Assembly: GCA_025594325.1 (NCBI GenBank) | Contig: JANHCV010000007.1 | Location: 62,001-126,000, forward strand | DNA length: 64,000 nucleotides | Direction: 5' to 3' | Source: Blastocladiella emersonii ATCC 22665 | Lineage: Eukaryota; Fungi; Blastocladiomycota | In this document: positions 1 to 12,003 of the stretch, piece after piece | Numbering within the stretch: position 1 is the stretch's first letter | How the letters are laid out: every line of letters begins with the position of its first letter | Program-made: the position numbers and the translations under genes | Notes under the pieces: generated by a model | Told to the model about the DNA's origin: nothing | What the model saw: only the letters and a program-made list of their open reading frames with translations | Database searches by the model: none

Positions 1-576
1 AGTCGCGGACGGCGGGGGGCCATGCCATACGTGTACGAGATGCGCTCGGTGCGGGCGCTACGACGACTCGATCGGGACGAGCGCGATCTTGGTCTGCGTC
101 CGATGGTGGCGATGGCGCGCGAGTCGTTCGTGTAGTAGCGGGTTGCGGCCGTGCAGAGCGAGAAGGCCGGCGTCGAGTGACGGGCGGTCGTTGCTCGGGG
201 CCGAGGCCGAGTAATCGACGTGGAGCTGGCGTCGATGGCCGATGGTCGCCGCCGCGGGCGCGTGCCTGCGAGCGAGCCGAGCAGGTGCGCGGGACTATGG
301 CGAGCGGTGGTGCGAGGACACGCCGGGTAGTAGATGTCGCGCGAGCTGGGCCGATCCGGGTCTCGGTGTCGGCGGGCGCGGCGCGGGACCGGTACCGACA
401 TGGCGCGACTCGAGGTCGCAGTGGCCGTGGCCGAGAAGGGCGCGCACGCTGGAGGGCGCGCGTACACCAGGTCGAAGCTTTTTTTTTTTTCGTGGGTTTC
501 GTTGGGGTTTTCGGTGACGAGAAAGCAAGACGGAAAGCAAAAGTAAATGGCGGGGAAGGGAGGAGGCGAGCGCTAC

Positions 577-3500
577 CTAATCCCAGTCATCACGATCAGA
601 GATGATGAAGAGCGTGATCTGGAAATGCTCGGGCACGACGTCGTGGAAGAACACAGGGAATGTCTCGTGTTTGATGATGGGGCAGGCCGTGTAGAGCGGA
701 CTCGCCGACGACCAGACCATTGGCGGGGACTCGCGGTGCGACGGGACGTACCATACGTTGTCGGCGGGAACAAGAACCCCCTCCGCGTCCAGGTCGCACA
801 TGTCGTACGCGCCGCACCGGCAGTGGTCCTCCGCCTGGAAGCAGATGCACTCGTCCCAGTCCGGGAGCGGGGGCAAGATCATCTGCAACCAGTTGAACAG
901 GTCCGTGAGCCCGATGGGCTTGACCTCGGCCGCGGCCTTGCCCGTCACCAGCTCGGCGCGGCGCTCCTTGACCGCCCCCAAACGCGAGGCCCCAATGGCA
1001 GCGAGGCGGGCACGCAGCGAGGAGGCGGTCGAGGTCTTGCCCTTGACCGCGTCGTGCTTCGCGACGCAGTTGAACAGGTCCGTGGGCTCAATGTGCTTGA
1101 CCTTGGCCATGCCCTGCTCGGAGTGGGGTTGATTACCTGCCGCCAATCTCCGGGCATTAATCGCAGCGAGGCGGGCGCGCAGGTAGGCAATGTGGGCCTT
1201 GCCTTTGAGCATGTCGTAACCCTTGGCCTGCGGGATCCGCGCCTCGGGCTGCAGGCCGACGTCGCCCGTGATCTCGGCGCGCAGTTTGGGCTCGAGGCCC
1301 GTGAAGGAAGGAACGTCGGGGGCGAGCACGCAGCGGCGGGTACGGTCGGCGAGGACCTGGGCCGCCTCCCGGTCGACTTGGAACCCGGCGGCGCACGCGA
1401 GGATGATGGCCGCCGCCACGTAGCGCTGCCGTTGCCGCTGCTGCTGCTGCCGCTGGACGAGCATGGAGGCGAAGCACGCGACCATAGCGTGGATCAGCTG
1501 GGTGTCGGAGATCTTGGGCGCGGCCGGCAGGTAGACCGTGTTGAAGCGCACGGGGTACGAGAGGCGGTGGTGCTTGGTGGCTGGGCGGGAAGAAGTCGGC
1601 GCACGGGCCGCCTTGACCGCGAGCCGCTCAAAATCGAGCATGGCGCCGGCGAGCGCCGGATAGCGGCTGCCGATCCAGGGAAAGAAGGTGGTGATGGTCA
1701 TGACCTGGCCCGCCATGTGCCCGTCGATCTTAATGTTGATGATACCCCGGTTGAGCAGCCTAACGCACGCGTGTACAGATCGAGGTTAGTGGTCTTGGCT
1801 CTCCCGGCACGAGTCGAGTGGGAAGGCGCAGAACGTACAGCACGCGGGTCCACTTGACCTCCTGGCCGGCCTTGGGCGTGATCTCCTCAATGTCGAGCTC
1901 GACGGCGCTGTCGGTGCGCGACGCGTTGACCGAGAGCGCGGACTGGAGCCGGCGAATGTGCTGGCTCGTGGAGCCGACGTGGAGCAGATCCTGGGGAACG
2001 CGGAAGTGGTGCTGCAGCTGCATGAAGGCCGACTGCTGGATGGCGGTGACCCTGAGCCGGCGCTTGGCCGGGCCCGAAAGCATGGTGGTCGCCGCCGAGG
2101 TGGCCGTAAGACCCTTGAACATGCCAGTCGCCCGCGGCAGGTACATCCTACAGTCGCGTGACCAGGTCTGTCAGTGACCGTGTTTTCGAGAGTCGGTTAA
2201 ATGCGAAGTGAAGCATACGTGAGATCCATGGACAGGTTGATCAGCGAGGCACGCTTCGCGACGGGCACGACGGCGAGGAGCAGGATCGCGATGGTGATGA
2301 AGGCAGGCGACGCGAACACGTCCAGGATGATGACGTCGAGGTTGTGGGTTTCGGACGGGATGACCGACGTCGGGACGGCCGGGTCGAACGAGTACAGGTA
2401 GCTGGCGCGCGTCGCGGCGGCGTGCACGACCGAGTCGAGACTGTCGGCGATCAGCGTGACGGCGCGGGTGAGCGGGGTCTCGGTCCAAGACGCGCGAGTG
2501 TCCGAGAGCGGGTACTGGTCGTGGTCCTGCTCGGTGTTGAGGACCTGGTGGTGGTGGTGGTGGCGGTGCGGAGCAGGCGTGGGCTCGATGAGCGCCTTGG
2601 CCATGTTGACGAGGACGCGGGCCGAGTGCTGATGATCAGGCACGGCTCCGGGCTGCGCGAGTGGCGGCAGCGGGACCGACGACGAGTCCTTGGTCATGCC
2701 GGCGGCGGCATGCGCGGCGGCCGGTGCGGGCTCCGACTCGACGTAGCTGCGGGCCGGCTTCGTGAGGGCCAGCTTGAGCTGCTGCTCGAGCTCGTAGATG
2801 CGCTGGTCCTTGGCCGAGAGCTCCTGGTTCTTGGCGAGGAGCTGCTGCTCCTTGGCGAGCGACTCCTGCTGGTGCACGATGGCCTGCTGCTCGAGGTCGT
2901 GGACGCGCTGACGGTGCGTCATGGCGGCCGTGACGGTCTCGGACGGGAACGTCATGTCGGACCCGACGAAGGCGCCCTTGTGGAGCGCGACGACCGTGTC
3001 GAGCGTCTGCGGCGATGACATGAGGGTCATGCCGACGAACCCGTACTTGTACAGGTCGTGCTTGGACTGGGCGAGCGAGAGGACCTCATTGTCGGCTATA
3101 CGGCTCACGGTGGTCAATCGCGCTGTTTGTGTGGCGGGTGGTGCAGTGAGGAATGAGACGAGTACCGAGAGCCGACGGCGCCGAGGCGAGCAGCGAGAGG
3201 TCGTCGACGGGCAGGCGCGTGGTCCGGGCACCGCACATGGCGGCGGCGGCCATGGCCGAGATGGTCTGGTTGGCGTAAGTGCCGTTCTTGGCCGTCACTG
3301 GCGGAACCGACGTGACGTTGGTGTTGGCGTTGGCCGAGGCGAGGGCGAGCCACGCGGTCGCGGAATCCACAGTCGAGACGAGGCCCGAGAGCCAGGCCCA
3401 CGACGCGTCGCCGCGCGAGGCCGCCGAGAGGGCGGACGACTCCGACGCGTCGATCGAGGCCGACAGGTCGGCGGCGCGGAACAGGTCCGAGCGGCACGGG

Positions 3501-3871
3501 TTGTACGTGTCGGTGCCGGTGAGCGAGAAGGCCGAGCCCGAGGTGGGCATGACGAGCGTGAGGTTGGCGAGCGTCTGGTTCGGGAACAGCTTGGTCGGTG
3601 CGATGGACGTCGAGGTAGACGTAGACGTAGGCGTGGACGGGATCTCAAACATGCGGGTGCAGTCCGACGGGACGGCGGGGCAGACGGTCGCCGGGCAGAT
3701 CGTCGGCACGGGCGAGCAGGTCGCGGCAGGGGCGACGGCGGCCACGGCCACGGCCACGGCCACGGCCACGGTGACGGCAACGGCGGGGGCGGCAAAGGCC
3801 GCGAACAGGATGGCGAGGGCCATGAGCCCGGCCATGAGGCGGGCGATGATCGCGTCGCACACGGGCATCAT
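577..3871 (-). CDS. 4-exon orphan membrane/secreted protein (~1024 aa), left-arm copy of 25267-28561
   Basis: Exact mirror of the right-arm gene; three GT..AG introns join four ORF segments in the correct phase. Confidence 0.7.
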
Positions 3872-4621
3872 CTTGGCGACGAGACCGTGTGGTACTTGAT
3901 CCGGGTGGGGTTCTTGTTGCTTTACAGCGGGGTTTGTAACTCTCATACGCTTTCTCAAACTCTTGTTTGAGCAGGTCCAAGGCGGCCGGTGCCGCGACGA
4001 CATGGAGTGCAGGGGCATCGCGGCGGGCGGGCACGGCGGGCGGGCACGGCGGGTGCCGCGGTGCACGGCACGGCGCGCGCGACGCGTCGGCGCGGTGGAC
4101 ATCTTTCAGGGAGACGCGCGACGCGTCGGCGCACGCGCACCGGCGGAGACACGGGCGCGGCGCAGCACGTGCGGGCGGGTCGGCGCGAGACACTTGTGCG
4201 GGACGCGTTGCGCCGAGTGCCCGCTCCGCTAACGAAGCGGCGATCGAGCGCCTCGCGACATGATTGGTCGAGGGCCGGTGCGGACCCGCGGACGCGAACA
4301 CGGCGCGGCGCGGCGCGCGAGTGGAAGGGTGCGCCGGCGGGAGACAGCGCGGCGCCGCCGCGTGCGTGTGGCGGACCGCGGCGGGCGGACCGTGGTTCGA
4401 ACTCTGGTTCGAGCGTGGCGGAGGGCAAGTGAAAGCGAGCGCCGCGCCCGTGACCGACGGTCGCTCTCTCGCGCGATGATTTCGGACGGCGGGTCGCGGG
4501 CGAACGAGATGGACGAGTCGGGATGCGACTGGATGCAATGCGATGCGCCGACGCCGGCGGTGCCCGCGCGCGGTAGCTATCAAGTAGTCCCGTGGATCCC
4601 GCGCGGCGGCACGGGCGACGT

Positions 4622-4677
4622 TAGTCGGTGGTCGGTGGTCGGTGGTCGGTGGTCGGCGGTCGGTGGTCGGCGGTCGG
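4622..4677. repeat. Heptamer tandem repeat (YGGTCGG) x8, mirror of 24461-24516
   Basis: Read directly from the sequence. Confidence 0.9.
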
Positions 4678-5424
4678 TGATCGGCCCGGTGATCCGCCGG
4701 TACGGCCGACCGACGCGGTGATGATGATGATGAACGCCACACGCGACTCTCACCCTGCAATCAGCCGCCACCGGCTCCCGCACTACTCCTCCCGTCGCCA
4801 TCCATGCTCACACATCCATCTCGTCCACGTTCGCATGCTTGGTCCATGGTCGGCTCGTGGGCGCGCGGGAGCGACCACCGCTGCGGCGGCGGATGCCCCG
4901 ACCCGCCCGTCTGGTCGCCGTCTCGGCCCGTTGCACGAGCACTCGTTCGTTCGTTCGTGGTCGCCATGGTCGCCGTGGTACAGAGGACCGTCGTCGACGT
5001 GCTTGCGGTCGCCGATGGGGATGAGCAGCGCGTTGCGCGTCGCGATCGCGTGAGCCGAGGTGAGACACGCCGCAGCGCTCGTATGAGGCGCCGAGCCCCT
5101 CCAGGAGTCGCGGTGCACCACTATCCCGCCGGTCCCATGCCCGCAATACTGCCCGCAATGTATCTCTCGGCCGTTCTGCGCCGTCGGCCGAGGTCGCCGA
5201 GTCAAGGTCGCTGCCGTCGTCGCCGACCTGGCTGTTCGTCCGGCCCGCGAGGTCTCGCTTCCCTTGATCTCGCCGGGAGCGGCTCATACGGCCACGTAAC
5301 CCGTGAGCTCTCACTCCTCTCGACCTTACCGGGATCCCGATCTCGCAGCCGGAGTCGTTCCTCGACCCGCCTTCGTCCTGTCCGCCAACAACCCTTGCTC
5401 TCACGCGACTCTGAGAACCGCCAT

Positions 5425-6069
5425 CTATTGTTCTCCTTGGCACCCCCCATCCACCCGCAGCCGGTACCACCGCTCGCCGTTCCTCGCCCGAAACTCGTCC
5501 ACGTCGAGCCACGGCCACAGCTGCCGCGACAGCGGGTTGGCCACGCACATGGACAGCCGCGTCGGGTCAAACTCGTCGGCGTCGTCCTCGTCCATCTCTC
5601 GCCACGGCTCGCGCACGGGCGGCAGCGTCACGAGGACCAGCGGCGTCGCCGCGACCCGCGTCGCCCACTTGATGGTGCCCGCCGTGAACCCGCGCTCCGA
5701 CACCATGATCCCGAGCGCCGGCCCGTGCTCGCGCGCGTGCGCATCCACGACCGCGGCGAACCCGTGCAGCGAGCCCGGGGAGAGCGGCCGCTGCGTCGTC
5801 TTGCACTGCCCAATGACGGGGATCGCGCGCGGGTGCGCCGCGCGTGGCGTGGACCACGAGGTCGGCGTGTCGATCGCCTTGGGGTCACGGAGCGCGCCCC
5901 ACGGCATGAGGTGCCCGACAAAGTCGATGCTTAGCTTGGCTTCAGCTACCCTGCTTGGAACGGCATGAGTGAGTGAAGCACGTACCTCCGTCACCCGACT
6001 TGCCAAAGTGTCGGACGCGGCCCGGCTGCGACGCTTTGATGTCGTTGATGTGCGCAGCTCAAAGTCGAA
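5425..6069 (-). pseudogene. Chimeric RRG7/Mrr-like pseudogene: identical exon 2 (5425-5930) plus a diverged, frameshifted exon-1 remnant (5986-6069)
   Basis: The remnant reads FDFELRT-INDIKASQPGRVRHFGKSGDG versus LEFELRTVDAINASQPARVQHVGKSGDG in the intact copy, with a 1-nt deletion. The intron donor GTACGT is at 5985, but the acceptor is TAA instead of TAG. Confidence 0.8.
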
Positions 6070-6290
6070 ACTCGTCCTTTGGTCTGCGGTTGGCCATGAA
6101 TGCGGCCATGGTTTCTGACCCTAAGGTCATGGCTGTGGTCATGGCCGTTCTGCGGACGTGCGAGGCCGCCGTCTGCCAGGTCAAGCAATAATCCTTCACA
6201 CCCCCAGTGTTGTCGCTCGCCGAGACGTAAATGGATTGCAAAAGAGGGATGTTGATTACAGACAAAATTAACACGAGGATCTCGACCGCC

Positions 6291-8108
6291 TCACGCGTTC
6301 AGCGTGTTGTTGGTCGTGGGGATGCCGCGCATGAGCTTGACGCGGTCAAACTTGTTGAGGTTCTTGTGCGCGAGAATCTGGTAGCACGTCGCGGAACCCT
6401 GGCGCGCGATGATGGTCGACCACGCGAGGAAGACATCCCAAATGCGGACCCAGCGCTCGCCAATCTCCTCGACCATGGCCTCGCGGTTGGACTGCCAGTT
6501 GAGGTACCACCGGTCGATCGTGGCTGAGTAATGGACGCCGATCGTCTGGACCTCGCGGATCTCGAAGCCGGCGCACTCGAGCTGGTTCACGACCCAGCCG
6601 AGTGGGCACGAAGCGTCGGCGCCAGGGAACACGTACCTACTCATCAACGAGAGCCCCCACGAAAGGCACTGGAAAATGACGTTAGAATCATCCGTGGGTG
6701 GTGGGGAAGTGAAGAAAGGTACCTCGAAGGTCCACCGGCGACGCAGACCCGCGATCTGGAGGAAGAACAGGCCGTCGTCCTCGAGCAGGTCCGAGGCCTG
6801 ATTGAGGAACTTTCCGAAATTGAGTACTCCTACGTGCTCGGCCATTTCTTATGTTTGAGCGGGGTACCGATCGACATCGACCAAAGGAGGTTGAGGACGG
6901 TCAGAGGGAGTGAGGAGGTCAGCAGAGCGTTCCACCACGAGTCAGCAGCGGTTAAGAACGTACCAAGGCAGGTGATCTTGTCAAACTTCTGACCCTTGGG
7001 GATGTCGCGGTAGTCCATGCGCAAAAAGTTGACGCGCTCAGCGACGCCGTTCTCGGCGGCGCGGCGCTTGCCAAAGGCGACCTGGTTCTCGGACAGCGTG
7101 ACGCCCGTCGAGTGGGTGCCGTGGAACTTGGCGGCGTGGATGGCAAGGGTGAACCAGCCGGCGCCAATGTCGAGGTGGCGGTCGCCCTCCTTGAACTGCA
7201 TGCGCTCCGACACGTACGCGAGCTTGTTGTCCTGCATCTGCTCGAGCGACTCGCGCTTGGACGGGTCCGAGACGAGACCACTCGTGTAGACCATGCGCGG
7301 GCCGAGGAAGGCCGCGTACATGCGGTCGGACCGGTCGTAGTGCTCGCGGACCTACATCCCATAAACGTTGGCTCAGCTGTCTGCGCGTGCACTGCTCGCG
7401 AGTCACCACGATACGGACCTGGTCCTCGTCCTGCGCCTTGGTGTGCCAGAGGGTCTCAGGCACCCACTGCGAGAAAAAGTAGGTGAAGAGGGCGGGGGTG
7501 AAGCTGAAGGAGCAGAAATCGTAGCGATGCTCGAGCGCCTGCAGCACGTCCATCTTGAAGTCGAGTTTCTGATCGTAGTAGGCGTGGAGCAGCTCATCCA
7601 TGGGCATCTTGACGCCCTTCTTGCCGCCGTACTTTTCCTTGAGGGCGGGGTCGCGGAGCTCGACGTAGTGCTCGAGCGGCAAGCCGGGCAGCTTGATGTC
7701 GTGCTGCGGGTCGGGAGCGAGCCAGAAGGACGACGAGTAGATGAAGACCGAGAAGATGGGGAAGCCGAAGATGAGGAGGGCGAGCGGGTACCACACGAGG
7801 CTGAAGCCGAGCGCGAGCACGGGGATCGCGGGGCCGAGCACCACGGCGCTCCACAGCGCAAACGACGGGAACTGCTTGGACCCGGCGCCGTGGACGGGGT
7901 ACAGCGCCTTGGGCACCGACATGCGCTTGGTCGTCTCGCGCGCGATCCGCTCCGTCTGCCAGAACCGGCCAAACTCGGACGCGATGGGGACGCCCGAGAG
8001 CTAGACACGGAGGTGGTGCAGGGAATGGTGGCGGCGGGTGGGTGAGCTTCGTGATCCTCGAGGTGGTGGCGCCCTCGGCGGCAGCGGCCGCGCACATACG
8101 TTGACCAT
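6291..8108 (-). CDS. Sphingolipid C9-methyltransferase-like (cyclopropane fatty acid synthase family), multi-exon
   Basis: Motifs HYDRSDRMYAAFLGPRMVYTSG, LDIGAGW, ITCL/MAEHVG, FLQIAGLR, YVFPGADASCPL, IGVHYSAT and RQGSATCYQI; two N-terminal TM segments. Micro-exon ATGGTCAAC (8100-8108) precedes intron 8001-8099; another intron lies at 6669-6722. Confidence 0.9.
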
Positions 8109-8679
8109 GTTGGTGAAGATCGAGTGTTGTGGTTGTGCAACTGGAAAGAAAGGATCGAGGCGAAAGAAAAGCTTCATGCAAGCCAGGAGGCGGGCTGTGG
8201 ACGAGAGAGAGCGAGTCTGTGCGGCTCGCGGGCGTCCAATTTATACGGCCGGGCCCAGCAGCTGGCCCAGCAGAGAGGGTTCGAGTGCATAGGGTGGCCC
8301 ACGGGCCGTTGCAGGAGCTTCCCGAACGTGTGCGTCCAAAAACAGGCGTGCGCGAGCGGCGAACCGTGGGCCAGCGTGGGAACGCTCACGCGTCGCGTTC
8401 GCGTCACGTGCGCCTGAACTCGCGTGCTTCTCCGCCGCGCGTCGGCCCTTGCAGTTCCCTTGGCCCTTGATTCTCCGGGCAGTGCGGGACGGTCGACTCG
8501 GCATTTCTTGGCCCGCGCTGCATCGCCGTCGCCATCGAGGGAAGCGCAAGGGGCGCATGCTTGGCCGTGGGCGCGTGCGCGTCGGTGGGAATCCTCGCCA
8601 CGGCTGCCGCCATCGCGGCCACCATCACTCACCCAAGCTCTGAGTCGAACGGGATAAATAAATCGTGTTATTCCGAATC

Positions 8680-11618
8680 CTATCCCTTGGCTGAGAACTC
8701 TGCCACCAGCTCCGCGAGCGCCGTGTTGCCCGCGACGCGCGGGGCGAACCGTTGGTGGAGCTCCGCCACCTTGGCCCTCGCGTCGCTCGCGTCGAGGTCA
8801 ATGGCGCCAAACTCGCGCAGAAAGTCGCGCGCGATCCGTTTGGCGGCGCGCTCCTCGCCGCCGTCGTCGGCCGCCGCCGCGCGCTTCTTGGTGCCCGAGT
8901 GGCCCTCGAGCTCAGCGAGTTTTCGCCGCGCGAGCGCGAGAACGCTGGGAGGGAACCCGGCGAGCTCGGCGACGTGGATGCCAAACGACCGGTCCGACGC
9001 CCCGGGCGCCACCTTGTACAGGAGCGTCACGTCCTGGACCGCCGCGCTCGAGGCACCCGCCGCGGCCGCAGCGGTCCCGCCGTCGGCCGGCGTGTACGCC
9101 GTGACGTGCAGGTTCTTGACGCGATTGGGGAGCTGGGTGGCGAGCTCGGTCAGCTCGTGGAAGTGAGTGGCGAACAGGGCAAAGCACCGCGTCGCGGTGG
9201 CGAGGTGGTGCGAGATGGCCCACGCGAGACCAAAGCCGTCGTGCGTCGACGTGCCGCGGCCCAGCTCGTCCATGATGACCAGCGAGTGCGCCGTCGCCGA
9301 CCGCAAAATGGCCGCCGTCTCGAGCATCTCGGCCATGAACGTGGACACGCCGCGCGCCGCATTGTCCGACGCGCCGATGCGGCAGTGGATCGCGTCAAAG
9401 ATCGGGACCGTGGCGCTCGTCGCGGGCACAAAGCAGCCGACCTGCGCCATGAGCGACGCGAGGGCGATGCTGCGCGCGTACGTCGACTTGCCGCCCATGT
9501 TCGGGCCCGACACGATCAGAAACTCGCCGTCGTCGCGGGCCATGGCCACGTCGTTGGCGATAAAGTGCATGCCCGGCTGCACCTCGACCATGGGGTGGCG
9601 CAGGCCCGAGAAGCAGAGCTTCTTGTTCTCGTTGAGCGTGGGCTTGGTGTAGGGCACGGGCGCCTGGAGACCGGCGTGGGCAAAGGCGGCGAGGACGTCG
9701 AGCTCACTGAGCTCCTCTCCGAGCGCCATGAAGGGCGGGATGTGCTCGGCTACATCAGCGACGATGTGAGTTCGACTGATACAGTTGCGAGACGGTAGCT
9801 GGGCGTACCGACGGAAGCCATGAGCTCGCGAACCACCGCCGACTGCTGCGCGTCGTACTGAGAGCCGAGGTCGAGCAGCTTGGACGAGGTACGGCGGAGG
9901 GCGGGCGTAGTGAAGAGGACACCCGACTTGAGCGTTGTGAGCTCGATCACGGAACCCTTATCGGCTGACCGCAGCACATTGGATTGCTACAGGACCGGCC
10001 CGAGTGAGCAAGACGGTGGAATCCATCTCCCAAACGCTGACCGTACCGTGTTGGAGACGCGGAGGTGGTACCCGTGCTGGGACGAGTGTTCGACCTTGAG
10101 AGCGCGGTGCAGCTCGAGGCCAAGCATCCTGGCCGCTTTCTCGGCCTCGGGCTGGACGAGCGCCTCGAGTGCGGCAATCTGGCTGTGAAGCGCCATGAGC
10201 TCGGGGTCGACCGAGGGTAGGACGCGGAACTGGTGGTTCTCAACGGCGTCGAGATCGACCATGTCCTCCACGAGCCGGATAAACTCGGCGAGATCGGCGA
10301 CGGCCTGCTCGACGGGTGCGGCAAAGCGGTCCACGAGGCGCTGGTCGTGGGCGAGGGCGGGGAGCAGCTCGGCGATGCGCACGGCCATCTGGTAGAGCAG
10401 GACAACGTCGGGCAGGGCGGCCTTGCCGCGGCGCAGCTTCTTGGTGAGGCGCGGGAGGTCGGGCAGGCCGCGGAGAAAGGCGCGGATGCTGTCGCGGGCA
10501 TCGGCCGAGTCGGTGATGGCCTCAACGAGCTCAAGGCGCGCGGCAATGGCGGTACGGTCGGCGAGCGGCTGGCGCAACCACTGAGCGAGCAGGCGCGAGC
10601 CGGGCTGGGTGATGCAGTGATTGAGCAGGCCAAAAAGGTGGGCGGGGCGGCGCGGACCGTCGCCGAACAGGTCGAGGGCGCCGACGGCGTGGGCATCGAG
10701 ACGCATGAAGCCGAAGGTGTGCAGCGGGACACAGGTAAACTCGTGGAGGTAGGTCGAGTCGGCGAGCAGGTCGAGGTACGACACGACGGCGCCGAGGGCG
10801 CGCGCGGCAGCGGGTTGGGAATCGAGGGTACCGGGCGGGAGCGGGCTGCGGAGCAGGCGAGAGAGGTCGTCGGTGGCGAGCGGGGTGAAACGCGATTTGT
10901 CCTCGGTCGAGACGGTCACGTTGGCGGCAGCAAGGACCGTGTTGAGGCGGTGGGCGGGCGAGTTGAGCGAGGTGTTGCGGTCCTTGGCGACGAGACACTC
11001 GCGAGCGCCGAGGCGGATGAGGAGGGCCTCGAGGTTGGTGAGGAGCTCGTTGTCACGCAGCTCGGCAATGGCGAGCGACTTGTCGGTGGCATTGGCCATG
11101 GCGAGGCCCAGGACGACCTCACCGGCGGCGGGGCGGTCGAGCAGCGAGACGGCGACAATGACGGGGTCGGTGCTGATCTCGGGGAGATCGTCCTGGACGG
11201 CGTCGAGGTTGCCGGGCGAGGCGCGGCGGGCGAGCTTCCACGAGTTGGGGGTGGTGGAGACGAGGGCGTAGATGTGGACGCGGCACTGGCGCACGAGCAG
11301 GGCGTCGCTGAGGAAGGCGACGTAGTTGGCACGCGAGAGGGTGCAGCTGGGCAGGGCGGCCGGGCCCGACCCGAGGTGCTTGAGCACGCCCTCGGTGCGG
11401 TACAGGTTGCGGGCGATGAAGACGGCATCGTCGCCGTGGGCGCTGTAGTACTCGCCGGCGTTGCGCTCGAAGAGGCGGATGGTGCCCGGCTCGGCGGGCG
11501 GCAGGCCGTTGAAGAAGGTGATGAAGCCGGCCTGCGACCCGCTCTTGGCGAGATCGGCGTCGAGCTCGGGCCGGTCGCGCGTGGCGGGGCCCGCGTCGGC
11601 GTCGGGCGCGGGTTTCAT
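8680..11618 (-). CDS. MSH2: DNA mismatch repair protein MSH2 (3 exons)
   Basis: N-terminal FITFFNGL..TIRLFER..EYYSAHGDDAVFIA; RHPMVE; Walker A GPNMGGKSTY; DELGRGTSTHDGFGLAWAI; FATHFHEL; SFGIHVAELAGFP. Confidence 0.97.
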
Positions 11619-12003
11619 GGCAGTGGTGTGAGGTGTGGTGGAGGACTTGGAGCCGGGAGGGAGGCCGGGAGGGAGGCCGAGAGGAGCGCGGGCGTCGAAG
11701 AGCGACGCGGGACGGGCCGGGTCGCGTCAGGTGACGCGCGACGGGTGACGCAGCGACCTGCCGACCGCCGGCGCGCCCCGCCGCGGCCGCACAACCAGTT
11801 CCCTTGTCACAACACGCCCGCGTCGCCTCCGCCCAGCCTCCGCCGTGAACCTTGACGCATAAAGAGCGCCGACGCCCCCCATCGTCTGCCCAGCTGCGCC
11901 CTCGCTGTACCCGCACCGCGCCTCCGTGACGCCTCTCTCCCCCACGCAGATCACCTCGCAGACGGTCTCGCCGCCACCCACCGCCAACACCAACACCACC
12001 ACC

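Larger units (their letters stand above)
1..5930. repeat. Left arm of long inverted repeat (reverse complement of 23208-29137; probably continues left of the window)
   Basis: Position p maps to 29138-p. Window bases 1-44 are the reverse complement of 29094-29137. Every ORF in 1-5934 has a mirror ORF of identical length and sequence in 23204-28961. Identity ends at 5930/23208. Confidence 0.97.

Noticed and set aside
11926-12003. N-terminal extension of aspartate aminotransferase as a mitochondrial presequence
   Set aside because: It starts at GTG, is Thr/Pro-rich rather than Arg-rich, and ATG 12004 has a good ACCATGG context.
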